NCBI GenBank assembly: GCA_026770705.1
Contig: JANJGN010000036.1
Location: 1,550,001 to 1,614,000 of the forward strand
Direction of reading: 5' to 3'
Source: Isurus oxyrinchus
Lineage: Eukaryota
Length of the DNA: 64,000 bases
Positions 52,270 through 64,000 of this stretch are shown here, one piece after another. Under the pieces are notes generated by a model, which was not told the origin of the DNA, did no database searches, and worked only from the letters and a program-made list of their open reading frames with translations. The position numbers and the translations under genes are program-made. Numbering within the stretch: the stretch's first letter is position 1; every line of letters starts with the position of its first letter.

Positions 52270-53220
52270 GAGAGGATTCATATTTTCTTATGAGGAAAGG
52301 TAGGACCGGCTGTGCCTGTATCCATTAGAGTGTAGAATTTGGAGAGGTGATCTTACTGAAACATATAAGATCCTGAGGGGACTTGACAGGGTCGATGTGA
52401 AGAGGATGCTTCCCATTATGGGAGAGACTCGAACTAGGGACCAAGTTTAAAAATATTTTCAAACAGTTTTAAAAATGGACACAAAGCTCCAATTCACACT
52501 CAGTGATGCAGCCTATCAACAAAAGGAATTTTAAAAAAAGATATGAAAATGTGTACAAAACACAGCACACCCCAAATGATGATGATTCCAATATCAAACA
52601 CAGAAGGAGTGTAAATTTCAATTCCATCCCATGTAATCACACTGCCCCAGCAATCACATCCTTCCTATAGTGTGGCTCCCAAGACTGTACACAATACTCC
52701 AGCTGAGGTCTAACTAGTGTCTTATATAAATTCAGCATAACATCCCTGCTCTTGTACTCTATGCCCTTATTAATAAAGCTCAGGATATTTATGCTTTTTG
52801 AATAACTCTCTCAACCTGTCTTGCCACCTTCAATTATCTATGCACATATGCATCCTTACAAAACTACACCCCTAATTTCATTTTGTCTGTCCATGTTCCT
52901 CCTACCATAATGCATCACCTCATACTTCTCCACATTGAACATCATTGGCCACCTATCTGCCCACTCTACCAGCTGGTCAAAGTCCTTTTGAAACTCCACA
53001 CTGTCCGCCTCACTGTTTACAATTCTCCCAAGTTTTGTGCCATCCACAAACGCAGAATTTGGCCCCTGCATACCCAGATCTAAAGCATTTAAATACATCA
53101 GGAAAAGCAAAGGTCCCAATACTGTCCCCTAGTGAACTCCACTACAGTCCTACATTCAGACTGAAAAATACCCATGAACTATTACTCTCTGTTTCCTCTC
53201 CCTCAGCCAATTCTGTATCC
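52270..53220. mobile_element. CR1 fragments in both orientations
   Basis: GPLLFLMYLN..FVDGTKLG (minus); RGDL motif (plus). Confidence 0.75.
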
Positions 53221-53884
53221 ATGTTTGATTGGTCTCACTCGTCTACCTTTTACCTGGGACCCTAATAATATTTTCCATTCAGTTTCACATCCGATTTTGT
53301 CTCAAAAGAGGCTGGGAGAGAGGGAGAGAGAGAGAGAGAGAAAGTGAGAGAGAGAGAGATGGGACGAGAGTGGGACAGAGATAGAAAGAGAGCGACAGAG
53401 AGATGATGTGAGAAGGAGAGAGATGTGGGCGACAGAGATAGGAGCAGAGCAACGGAGGTAAGGAGTGAGAGAGAGAGAGATAGCGGGAAATAGCCGACGA
53501 GAGACTGGGTGAGATAGAAAGAGGGCTGGGGCGAGCAAGTAAGCTAGAGAGAGGAAAAAGAGCGAAAGAAAAAGAGATGAGATGAGAGAGAGGGACATGA
53601 AGAGAAGGGAGCGAGAGTAGGGTAAAGAGGTGGTGACAGAGAGAAACAGATAAATGTGGTAGAGTGGCAGACAGATGGGTTGGGAGAGAGAAGGAAAAAG
53701 ACGGGATGAGAGAAAGAGAAAGTGCAGGGGTAAACTGAAAATGTTCAACAATTTTTAAACATTATTGAGTTTAAAGAACAACATCCTGTGATATAAAGCT
53801 TCTCCATGTTTAAATTAGAGGGCGATCCCCTCTTTGTCTTTAAAATAGGGGTAGAGCCCTTCCTCAACTTGTGATATGGAAGTG

Positions 53885-54880
53885 CTGGAATCTAATCGAA
53901 GGGTTCGGGATGGTTCATGTATACAATAAAAGATACCTGGGAGTGAGTTACAAACTGGAATCTAATCGAGGGGTTCAGGTGATTATATATACAACAACAG
54001 ATACACGGGAGTGAGTTACAGACTTGAATCACGTCGAGGGGTTCGAGGTTGTTTATACATACGATAACAGATACCTGGGAGTCAGTTACACACTGAGATC
54101 TAATCGAGGTTTTCAGTGTGGTTTATATTTTGAATTACAGGTACCCGGGAGTGAGTTACAGAATGAAATTAAATCGAGTGATCCGGGGTGTTTTATATAT
54201 AGGGTAAGATACCCGGGAGTGAGTTACAGACTGGAATCTAATCGAGGGGTTCGGGGTTGTTTATATATAGAATTGAAAATATTCAGGTGTGAGTTACAGA
54301 CTGGCATCTAGTCGGGGTGTTCAGGATAGTTTATATATAGATTAACGGATACCCGAGAGTGAGTTACAGGCTGCAATTTAATTGAGGTGTTCGGGTGATT
54401 TATATGTAAATCATATGTATATAATATATATAGGATAACATAAGCCCGGGAATCAATTACAAACTGGAATCTAATCGAGAGGCTTAGGGGTGGTTTATAT
54501 ATAGGATAACATATATCCTGGAGTGAGTTACTGACTGGAATCTAATCAAGGGGTTCAGGGTGGTTCATATATGGAATTACAGATACGCGGGAGTGAGTTA
54601 CAGTGTGGAATCTAGTCGAGCTTGTCCAGGATAGTTTAGATATAGATTAACATATACCCGGGAGTGAGTTACAGGCTGGAAACTAATCGAGGAGTTAGGG
54701 TGCTTTATATATAATCATGTAGATATAATATGAATTGAATAACAGATATCTGTGAGTGAGTTGCAGACTGGAACCTAATCGAAGGTTTCGTGGTGCATTA
54801 TATATAGAATAACAGATACCCAGGAGTGAGTTACAGACTGGAATGTAATCGAGGGATTCGGTGGGGTTTGTACATAGAAT
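53885..54880. repeat. About 70-bp satellite array
   Basis: About 14 tandem copies of the 47300-47750 unit. Confidence 0.92.
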
Positions 54881-57369
54881 GATTGGTTCAAATCACGAAC
54901 CGTTGAAAATATAATTTTACTTGTGATGTGCTGAAGTGTAGGTTGCAGAGGCTGATTCATGGAATGTGTGGTGTGAGCTGTTAGCCAGCTTTATCCAGAA
55001 GATGATATTTGATTGCTCTTTGGAACTAATTGGTGTTCTCTTAGCCTTGACAAAAATGGAAAGTGTCTCCCAAGTCTCTTTTGACCCTCACTGTTTGCAG
55101 CTTTTCACCATTTATAATGTAATCTGTTCCATCCTTTTTAAAGTGAGCGGCCACACAGTTGCCTACAATGAAATCCATCTTTCACTATTTCACCCATTTA
55201 CTTAAGGCGTTCATATCTCATTGGATTTGCAGCTTCCAACTACAATGATGTCAATGTTGCATCTTTTTGTGCTATTTAGCAAACTTTTGGCATTCTATCG
55301 CATTATCTTAAATCATTCATAAAAACAGAGAAACTGAGACACACACAGGAGCTTTCAACAGCAGACGGAATGTGACTCATTCCATCCAGAGGTTTTTAAT
55401 TCTAGATTCAATTTTAGAAAATTCATAATTCAAATTCGCAACATCCGGGATTGGAAGCTTCTGCTTTCTGAATCATTAGCCCAGGTTCACAGAATAAAAC
55501 ATCAAACTGACATTCTGGAGCAGGAGAGGGCCCCACAACTTCAATTCTGTGATTCTCTGGTATCTCATGATCTGTGTCTTACAATATATCTGCCCCCATC
55601 ATATCTCTGAAGACTAGAAAAGTTATTCAGACATTGGGGAACCTTTTAATTCTCTCAGAACATTTACTGTGAACAACTTCTGAAGCGTTTCATTGTCTCA
55701 GGATATTTAAAATAAACGGTTATGCAAAGCGCATCATTAAAATTCACTCTTTAATCAACCAAAACCTGATTGCCCTTTCAGACTCCCTGGACAGACATCC
55801 TATTGCTTCAAAGATAACTCATCTTTCACAATGTAATACTGCGCGAATGCATGCACCTCCTGCACACATTTCCACAATACTAAGGCTCAGACTTAACATT
55901 GTGAAATTTTCAAGACAATATTCATCAACAGACAGGTTTCCAGCTCCAAATGGAAGCCTTTAGATACAGAAAGTGACACAGAAATGAAAAATCCGATGTA
56001 TCTGTTTCTGCATCCGTTATCGGACAGCATGGCTTTAGTAAGAGGGTAAAGCTCGCAAAACACTAGAGTTATGAGATTAAAAAGTGTCATTCTACTTTGA
56101 ATACGAGTTCAAATTAAAAACAGTGCTCAAATTAAAAGTTCGTCAGCTGGAGACAAGGGTAAAGCTGCAAATATGTTTCAACATGCCTCGGTGTAAAAAA
56201 AATATTATCCTGTGACATATCCTTTTCCCATCTTTAAAATGGAGGGAGATCCCTTCTCCATCTTTTAAATGAAGGGTGATCCCTTCTTCGTCTTTAAAAT
56301 GGAGGGAGATCCCGTCCCCGTCTTTAAAATGTTTCCCTGCATATTGAATGTGACAACATTTGCAACATTTCCAAAATCTAACACACATTGCTATCTCCTT
56401 TGTGTGAATGTAGCTGTGAAGAGGTTTACAATTTTAAACACCAGACAGAGATATGGCGAGAGAGATACAGTCCACGAGGGTGAGCAGGTGAATGAGAGCT
56501 AGTGAAGAGACGATATTTGGATTTTCAAGAATGATTCCATAAATCTCCACAGGAAAAGGACTCATGCTTTGACAACTTGATCAAATCATCCCTGATGCTG
56601 CTAGATTTTAGGGAATAGAACCCGAGTTTGTGCATCTCACTTTGTAATTTCACTCTTGCAATACAGGTCTCAATCTGGCAAAGCTACGATGCAGTCAAAC
56701 ACTCTAAACTGTTCCTGGATGGATAAGCACCACGAAGCTATCAGAGAATCAGAACAGGCCAGGGAGAATCAAACAAGGGAACTCATGTTCAAATTGTGAG
56801 CCCTGCTTTGGGGAATGCTTTCGTGTTGGGTGAAAATGTTGCCATCAAATACTCCCAGAGATCATTCAGCACAAGGTTTAATATAAACTAAATCTCCGTC
56901 TGCATTGTCCCCATCAAACACTCCAAGGACAGGCACAACACAGGGTGAGATACAAAGTATATCTCCCTCAGCACTGTTCCCATCAAACACTGCAGGAGAG
57001 CTACAGCACGGGTTTGATACAGGGTAAATCTCCCTCTACACTGTCCCCAGAAAGAGACATCAGTGACCGGACAGCATCGATTATTATTAGGGACAGAGAA
57101 CACCAATGCAAGGAGGTTATGTTGAGCTTCTTTGAGCCACGAGTTAGGCCTCAGCTCGATTAATGTGTCCTGTTCTGGGTACCACACTTTAGGAAGTGCG
57201 TGAAGTCACTGGGCAGAGTGCAGAAAAGTTTCCCGAGCATGGTTCCAGGGATGAGTAACTTCAGTTACAGAGATAGATTGGAGAAGTTGGGGCTGTTTTC
57301 CTTGGGGAAAAGATGGATGAGTGGAGATTTGATAGAGGTATACAAGATACTGGTGGTGGGGTTTTTGTC

Positions 57370-57655
57370 ACACACTGGTTAGTGTCCCTTCCGCTGAGCC
57401 AGCAGCTCTGGGTTCAAGTCCCACTCCAGGGCATTATGGCCGTGGGAGATGTGTTTATAACATGGCCAGACAGGTTGATTATCAGCCCGGAAATTGTTCC
57501 AATATGTCTGATGGCAGGCAGTAAGATTGGGAGAGTCTGCTGATCAGCCAGAACCTGCAGAAGGCAATGGCAAACCAGTGCAGCACCTTGTCAAGCATAA
57601 CCATGAAGCAAGACATGGAGGTCCAAAGACATCTTCGGACCTGATACCTGAAGAG
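57370..57655 (+). mobile_element. tRNA-derived SINE inside a CR1 fragment
   Basis: A-box-like TGGTTAGTG and B-box GGTTCAAGTCC; CR1 sequence (57080-57350) resumes after it. Confidence 0.6.
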
Positions 57656-60600
57656 AGAGAGTTTCGCTATCATGAGGGGTGTGGACGGAGTTGACAGGGA
57701 GAAACTATCTGTGTGTATTGAGTAAGACAACATATGCAGCATTTGGTAAGGAAATATAGACAGCAAAATATATTGTATGAATACAGCCTTGAAATATCCA
57801 GCCAACAGACACATACACACTCAGGTATACAAATAGAGCCAGACAGACGCACACACACAGGAGGGAATAATTCCCATACGTCACATATCTGTTACGCTTC
57901 CTCAGGTCTGGGAATGAAAACTCTCCTCAGTATTCCAGGTTGGTCTCAGCAAAACACTTGCAGCAAGACGTCGTTACTCTTGTATTCCAATCCCTTTGCA
58001 ATAACAGCCAACACTTCATTTACCTTCCTCCTGATTAGCTGTTCCTGCATGTTAACTTTCTGCGTGATTTCTGTACAAGGACATCCAAATCCCTCAGAAG
58101 ATAAATATATAAAGAAGTATCTGCTAGGGAGGTGTCTAATGATTCAATAGGATCCTTCAAAAGGAGAATCGGATAAATCATTGAATGAGAATAATATGCA
58201 ATATTAACGGGGAAAGAGTGTGGCAGTAAGACTAAAGGGATTCCTCCTCAAAACCGCTAGCATATCTGGTTGGGCCGTATAGCCGCCACCAGTGCAGGAC
58301 TATTCCATAATTCGATCGGTGACCCTTTTCCAATCACTTTTATTTACATTTACACATACTTGCTTCAGGTACAGTTTGTGAATTAAAAAACCCTGTTTTT
58401 CACGTATCCACTCAGCCTTTTCCCTCTGCTCTCTCCAGACGGAATTAACTACATGGCAGCAAGAAACAAACACGAAACATGGATTTCAGGAGAGAAAACT
58501 TTCACCTGATGTTCTTCTCGGTGGATTCCCTGACCCCGGAGATGGCATTGCAGGTTTACAGAAAGTAACAACTCACGAATATAAGGCACAGAATTGGAAT
58601 AAAATAGATACACGAAAGATGAAAACTTTCTGTTAGTCAGCTGATTTCAGAAAAGAGAGACAGACAGACACAGAGCCAGAGAGACACAAAAGCAGGATGA
58701 GATTGTGTTGTACATGTTTCAGAGCTGACACTGAGACACACCAGATGTACAGGAGCTGATGGGATTGAATCATTCTCTTTTAGCTGAAGTTTACTGGGAA
58801 TGAACAGATGTTGGCACTGAGGCACCCAAAGCAATAGCTTGCATTTAGGTAGCGCCTCGATTGGAACTGTCTGAAGATGCTTCACAGGACCCTTATCATG
58901 AAACATTTAACTGGGAAGCACAGGAGAGTTTAGGGCCACGTGCCCAAAAGTAAAGTCCAAGGGGTTGGTTTCAGGAAGTGTCTTAATGGAGGAAGGGAGG
59001 TATTGAGACGGTGAGGTTTAGGGAAGGAAATCCACAGTTAGAGCCCGGGCAGTTGAAGGCATGGTCGCAAATGGTGAAATGAATTACAGACGTTCAGGAA
59101 GCCAGAATTTAAGGAATACTAATATCGGAGGATGATGGTATTGGAGGAGACAGGTAGGAGTCTTTTACAGAAATCTGTTCAAAACATCTAGCAACCTTTG
59201 TGTAAAGAAATATTTCTTACTGTCAATCTTGAAAAGGATTCAGACTATTGTTAAATTTTTACACTATGATCCTAGTCCGAGACTCCAATACCTGCAAGAA
59301 GCGTTTCTATCTATCCAACCTATCAGTTCCCATTATGCTGCTGAAAAGTTTGATCAATTCGCCCCTGATCCTTCGAAATTCCAGGGAATACAAACCTCAT
59401 TTGTGTTAATAAACCTCTTTGTAATTTAACCCTCACTGTCCAGGTATCATTCTGATAAATCTACATTGACACAAATGGACAGGGATTTTCCAAGTCTCTT
59501 TGGACCCCCACTGTTTCCAGCTTCTCACCATTGATAAAGTAATTTATTCTAATCCATTTTTCTCTATTTTTTCCAATTAACTTAAGACATTCATATCTCT
59601 TTGTCATTTGAAGCTTCCAGCTACAATGCTGACAATGCTGCCTCTTTATGTGCACTTTGGCAAACTTGTGGCATTCTATCCAGTTATCTTAAATCGTTTA
59701 TAAATACAGGGAAACTGAAGCACACACGGGCATGCAGCAGCAGACAGAATGAGAATCATTCCATCCTGGAGCTTTATTCATTCCAGATTCAATTTTAGAA
59801 AATTCAGTATTGAAAATCACAACAGCAAAATGTGGGATTGGAACGTGATGCTTTCTAAATCACTAGCCCAGATTTACAGATTAAGCTATAAATAGTCACG
59901 TTCTGAAATAGAAGAGGGCCTCACAACTTCAATTCAGTGATTCTCTGACATTGCATGTTTTGTAAATTACAATCTCTCTGCCTGCTTTATGTGTCTGAAG
60001 ATTTGGAAAGTCGTTCGGAAATTGGGAAACCATTTCATTCTTTCGGGACATTTCCTGTGTACAGCTTCTGCAAAGAGACACAATTCACAGCTTCTGAAAT
60101 CAACTAAACCCGGTATCTCCATTCCAACACCCTTCTGTCTGTCTAAAGAGAACTCACAATTCCACTATGGAGGACTGTCAGCTTTTGTCGCCTTCCCAAA
60201 TGCCATTGTTAATAGTTTCTCATGGATGACAGAAGTAGCTTCAACTGTTAGATTTTGAGCCCCAAATTGAATCTTTAAGATATAAAAATAAAATTGAAAC
60301 CCAGATCTCTCTCCACCCATTTAAAGCTGGTCCCATTTAGATTATACAGCCTCTCCTCAGCCTTTCTTCCAAAATGCATCACTTCACATTTCTCAGCATT
60401 GAAGTTAACTGTCATGTGTCTGTTTCATTTCAATCTCCTCTGCACCCCCTCACGAATCCAAATGTTGGAGATGTATAAAATGGTCAGGGGCTTAGATAGA
60501 CTGGATGGCAATGGCCATTTCCCCTGGCAGCGAGGTCAATAACAATAGATTGAATGTAAATGGTGGCAGGATGAGAAGGGAATTGGGGAGTAATATTTTC

Positions 60601-61444
60601 ACCCAGAGGCTGGTGGGGAACTGGGACTCACTGTCTGAAAGGGTGGGAGAGGTAGAAACGCTCATCATATTTAAAACATTGGAATATGCATTGCAGGAAT
60701 AACTTCTCCATGGCTAAAAGTTCCCATCACACTCTCCCAGCGAGGGTACAGCACAGGTTTAGATACTGAATAAATGTCAAACTACACTGTCCCCATGAAA
60801 CACTCCCAGGACAGGTACAGCATGGGGTTAAATACAGAGCAAAGCTCCATTTAAACTGTCCCCATCAAACACTCCCAGAGGTGATCCAACACGAGGTTAG
60901 ATACAGAATAAAGCTCCATCTACACTGTCCCATTAAACATTCCCAGGCAGGAGGGTGATACCTTCTCTAACTTTAAAATGGAGGGACATGTCTTCCCCAT
61001 ATTTGAAATGGAGGGAAATCCCATCTCCATCTTCAAAATGGAGGGAGATCCCTTCTCCAGCTTTAAAATGGAGGGAGACCCCTTCTTTATCTTTAAAATG
61101 GAGGGGGATCTCTTCTGCATCTTTGAAATCGTGGGAGATCCCTTCTTCATCTTTAAAATGGTGGGAGATCCTTTCTCCAACTGTAAATGGAGGGAAGTCC
61201 ATTCCCTAACTTGTGATGTGAAAATAGTGGAAAATACAATGGAGAAAAGAGGAAAGCTTATTTGAGAAATGAAGAGAACCTGCGTGTGTATCACATGATG
61301 GTCACCTCACAGAAGGAGGCCATTCAGCCAATCGAGCTGTTGACTCTCTGCAAATGCAGTTTCATTGGTTGCACTGGTCTGCCCTTTCCCCATAACCCTT
61401 TAAATATTTTCCTTTCAGCCTCACATTGAAATCTGGTTCAAAAA

Positions 61445-63000
61445 AACTGGGGAAGAGAGAGAATGAGAAAGAGAGAGAGAGAGAGATAAAGGATAGACAT
61501 AGAGAGGGAAAAAGCGACTGAGGGACTGGGCTAGAGAGAGTCAGAGAAAAGGTGGAAGAGGGAAGGACAGAGAGCAACCGAGAGATGGGGTCCGAGAGAA
61601 AGGGAGGGAGAAATGGGGTGAAAGAGAGACAGCGTGAGACAGAGACAGGGTTGGAGAGGGTGAGAGATGTGGCAAAAGAGAGAGGGGCAGAGAGACTGGG
61701 CGAGCCAGAGTGGTAATGAGACGGGGCGAGGGAGGGAGACTCGAGAGAGAGAGAGGGACAGAGAACAACAGACAGACGGGGTGCGAAAGGCGCAGAGGCA
61801 GGTGAAAGAGAGACAAAGTGAGACCGAGAGAGATTGCCACAGAGAGAGAGGTTGCAAGAGAGAGAGAGAAAGACAGTGAGATACGGAGAGAGAGAGTGTG
61901 TGAGGGACAGGGAGCAACACAAAGACGAGGCGAGAGAAAGGGAGAGACAGTGTGAGAGAGAGGGGTAGAGATGGGGTGAAAGAGAGAGAGAGAGAGAGAA
62001 AGACGGGGTGAGAAAGAGAGAGCCAAAGAAATGAGATGAGGGAGAGAGATGCAAAGAGATGTGAGCAAGTGAAAGATGAAGAGATGGGGTGAGAGAGAGA
62101 AAAACATTGAACTGGGGAATAGAGGGAGTAAGTTAGAGAAAGGTAGGTCAAGGAGGAGGCATGGAAAGAGAGAGCAACAGAGGGATGTGGTGAGGAAGAG
62201 AAACAGTTTGGAAGAGAGAAGGACAGAGAAGAACAGAGAAATTGGGTGCGGGAGAGAGGACGAGGAATGGGGTGAAAGAGAGACAGAGAGAGACAGGGTG
62301 AGAGAGAGTGAGAGAGACGGCAAGAGAGAGAGAGGTGGGCTGCATGGGAGAGAGACGTGGCACTATAGAGATAGAGTGAGACCGAGAGAGGCTGCAACAT
62401 AGAGACGGGTTGCAACGGAGACAGAGAGACAGATTGAGACCGAGAGTGTGACAGAGAGACGTGGTGCACGAGAGAGAGATCAAGTGACAGACAATGAAGC
62501 CGAGATGGGCGAGAGAGAGAGGGAGGGGTGAGAGAGAAAGCAGGTCAGAGAAATGGGGTGAGAAAGAGACAGGAAGAAAGGGGAGTGAGTGAATCATAAA
62601 GAGGTGGGGTGAGAGAGAGTAAAACAGTGAGATGGGATGAGAGAGACAGGGAGATGGGGTGAGAATGACAGAGAGATGGGCCGAGATAGAGTGTGAAAGA
62701 GACAGAGCTTGATTGAGAGACAGGGAGACTGAGCAAGAGAGAAAAGGAAGTGAGGTGAGAGCGTTTTATGCAACAGAGAGTGAGGTAGGTTGAGAAAGAG
62801 AAAAAGTTCTGGGTTGACAGAGGAAGACACAGGTGGGTAAGAGCGAGAAAGGGAGAGCGTGTGTGAGAGAGAGAGGCTGAGTGATAGGTTGAGAGGGGAA
62901 AAAGAGATGGGGTGAGAACGAGAGTCAGAGCAATGGGACAATTGAAGGCAAAGGAAGTAGGGACAGAAAGAAAGAGAAAGAGATGTGTAAGTGGAGCAAG
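61445..63000. repeat. GA-rich low-complexity tract
   Basis: Purine-biased with recurrent agagatggggtgaga; similar tracts at 28490-28790, 42840-43590 and 53305-53730. Confidence 0.9.
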
Positions 63001-63004
63001 ACAG

Positions 63005-63510
63005 GGAATGGAAGGAGATCAATTCCACACCTTTAAAATGGAGGGAGATCCCTGCACTCTCTTTAAAATTGATGGGATCCCTCCTCCCTCTACAAAATGG
63101 AGGGGGATCACTTCTCCACCTTTAAAATGAAGGTAGATCGCTTTCCCACCTTTTAAATGGAGGGAGATCCCTTCTCCATCTTAAGAATGGAGAGAGATCC
63201 TTTCCCCATCTTTGAATTGGAGGAATGTCACTCCTCACTCTGCAAAAGAGAGAGGGACCACTTCTCCATCTTTAAACTGGAGGGAAATCTCTTCTCCTTT
63301 TTTAAAATGGAGGGGTCCTGCTCTCCCCCTTTAAAATGGAGGGAGATCCCTACTCCATCTTTAAAATTGAAGGAGACACTTCTCCATCTTTAAAATGTAG
63401 GGAGATCCCTGCTACATCCTTAAAGTGGAAGGAGATCCCTTCTCCATCCTTAAAGTGGAGGGAGATGACTTATCCATCCATAAAATGGAGGGAGATCCCT
63501 TCCCCAACAT
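63005..63510. repeat. 30-bp satellite array
   Basis: About 16 tandem copies. Confidence 0.92.
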
Positions 63511-64000
63511 GTGACGTGTAACTGCAGGAACCTACAATGGAGGAAAGATTAAAGCTTATTTGAGAATGAAAACATAACCTGTGTGTGTAGCACAGAACGG
63601 TTACAGCACCGGAGGAGGCCATTCAGCCTTTCGAGCTACTGTCGACTCTCTGCCAGTGCAGTTTTGCTTCCCACACTTGTCCATCCTTTCCCAGTAACCC
63701 TGCAAAAATTTTCCCCTCAGCCTCACATCCAATTTGTGCTCAAAAAATATGGGATGAGAGAGAGGGACAGAGAGAGAGGGAGCAAGACAGGATGAGAGAG
63801 AGAGAGACAATGTCAAACAGAGAGGTAGAGAGAAAGGGAGAGAGCGAAAGAGCGAGAGGGAAAGAGAGAGAGAGAGAGAGAGAAAGAGATCTGGACAGAG
63901 CAAGAGAGAGGAAACGAGAGACAAAGACAAAGAGAGGGAGACAGTGAGAGAGAGACAGAAACCGGGTGAGAGAGAGGCACGGAGAGGGAGAGAGATTCAG

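Noticed and set aside
47300-54880. Regular repeats resembling a CRISPR array
   Set aside because: Head-to-tail satellites without unique spacers, in vertebrate DNA.
60920-61294. 10-aa repeat protein ORFs
   Set aside because: By-product of the 30-bp satellite; no start context or splice signals.
61362-63028. Long S/L-rich or R/E-rich ORFs (also 6147-6827, 42577-43631, 53302-53751)
   Set aside because: Translations of GA/CT low-complexity tracts.

Overview
Repeat-rich vertebrate genomic DNA, very probably a cartilaginous fish, judged from the type I/NS5-like Ig light chain cluster and the CR1, Penelope and satellite repeats. The left 16 kb holds a small family of non-rearranging, antigen-receptor-like Ig superfamily genes. 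One is apparently intact (minus strand, 6 exons, 9057->4376, 303 aa): leader, germline-joined VJ domain with FGNG, C1 domain, Cys plus uncharged TM, and a tail with TFYARL. A head-to-head partner with the same exon plan is pseudogenised (11538->16024), and a truncated V paralog lies at about 70-328. At 35.7-38.7 kb is a complete but inactivated Ig light chain cluster (octamer, L, V-12RSS, 23RSS-J, C). The rest is a mosaic of CR1/Penelope fragments, three satellites, CA/GA tracts, local segmental duplications carrying exon-shaped relics of unidentified genes, and a 155-N gap. All gene models were read by hand from splice signals and frame; none was database-checked.
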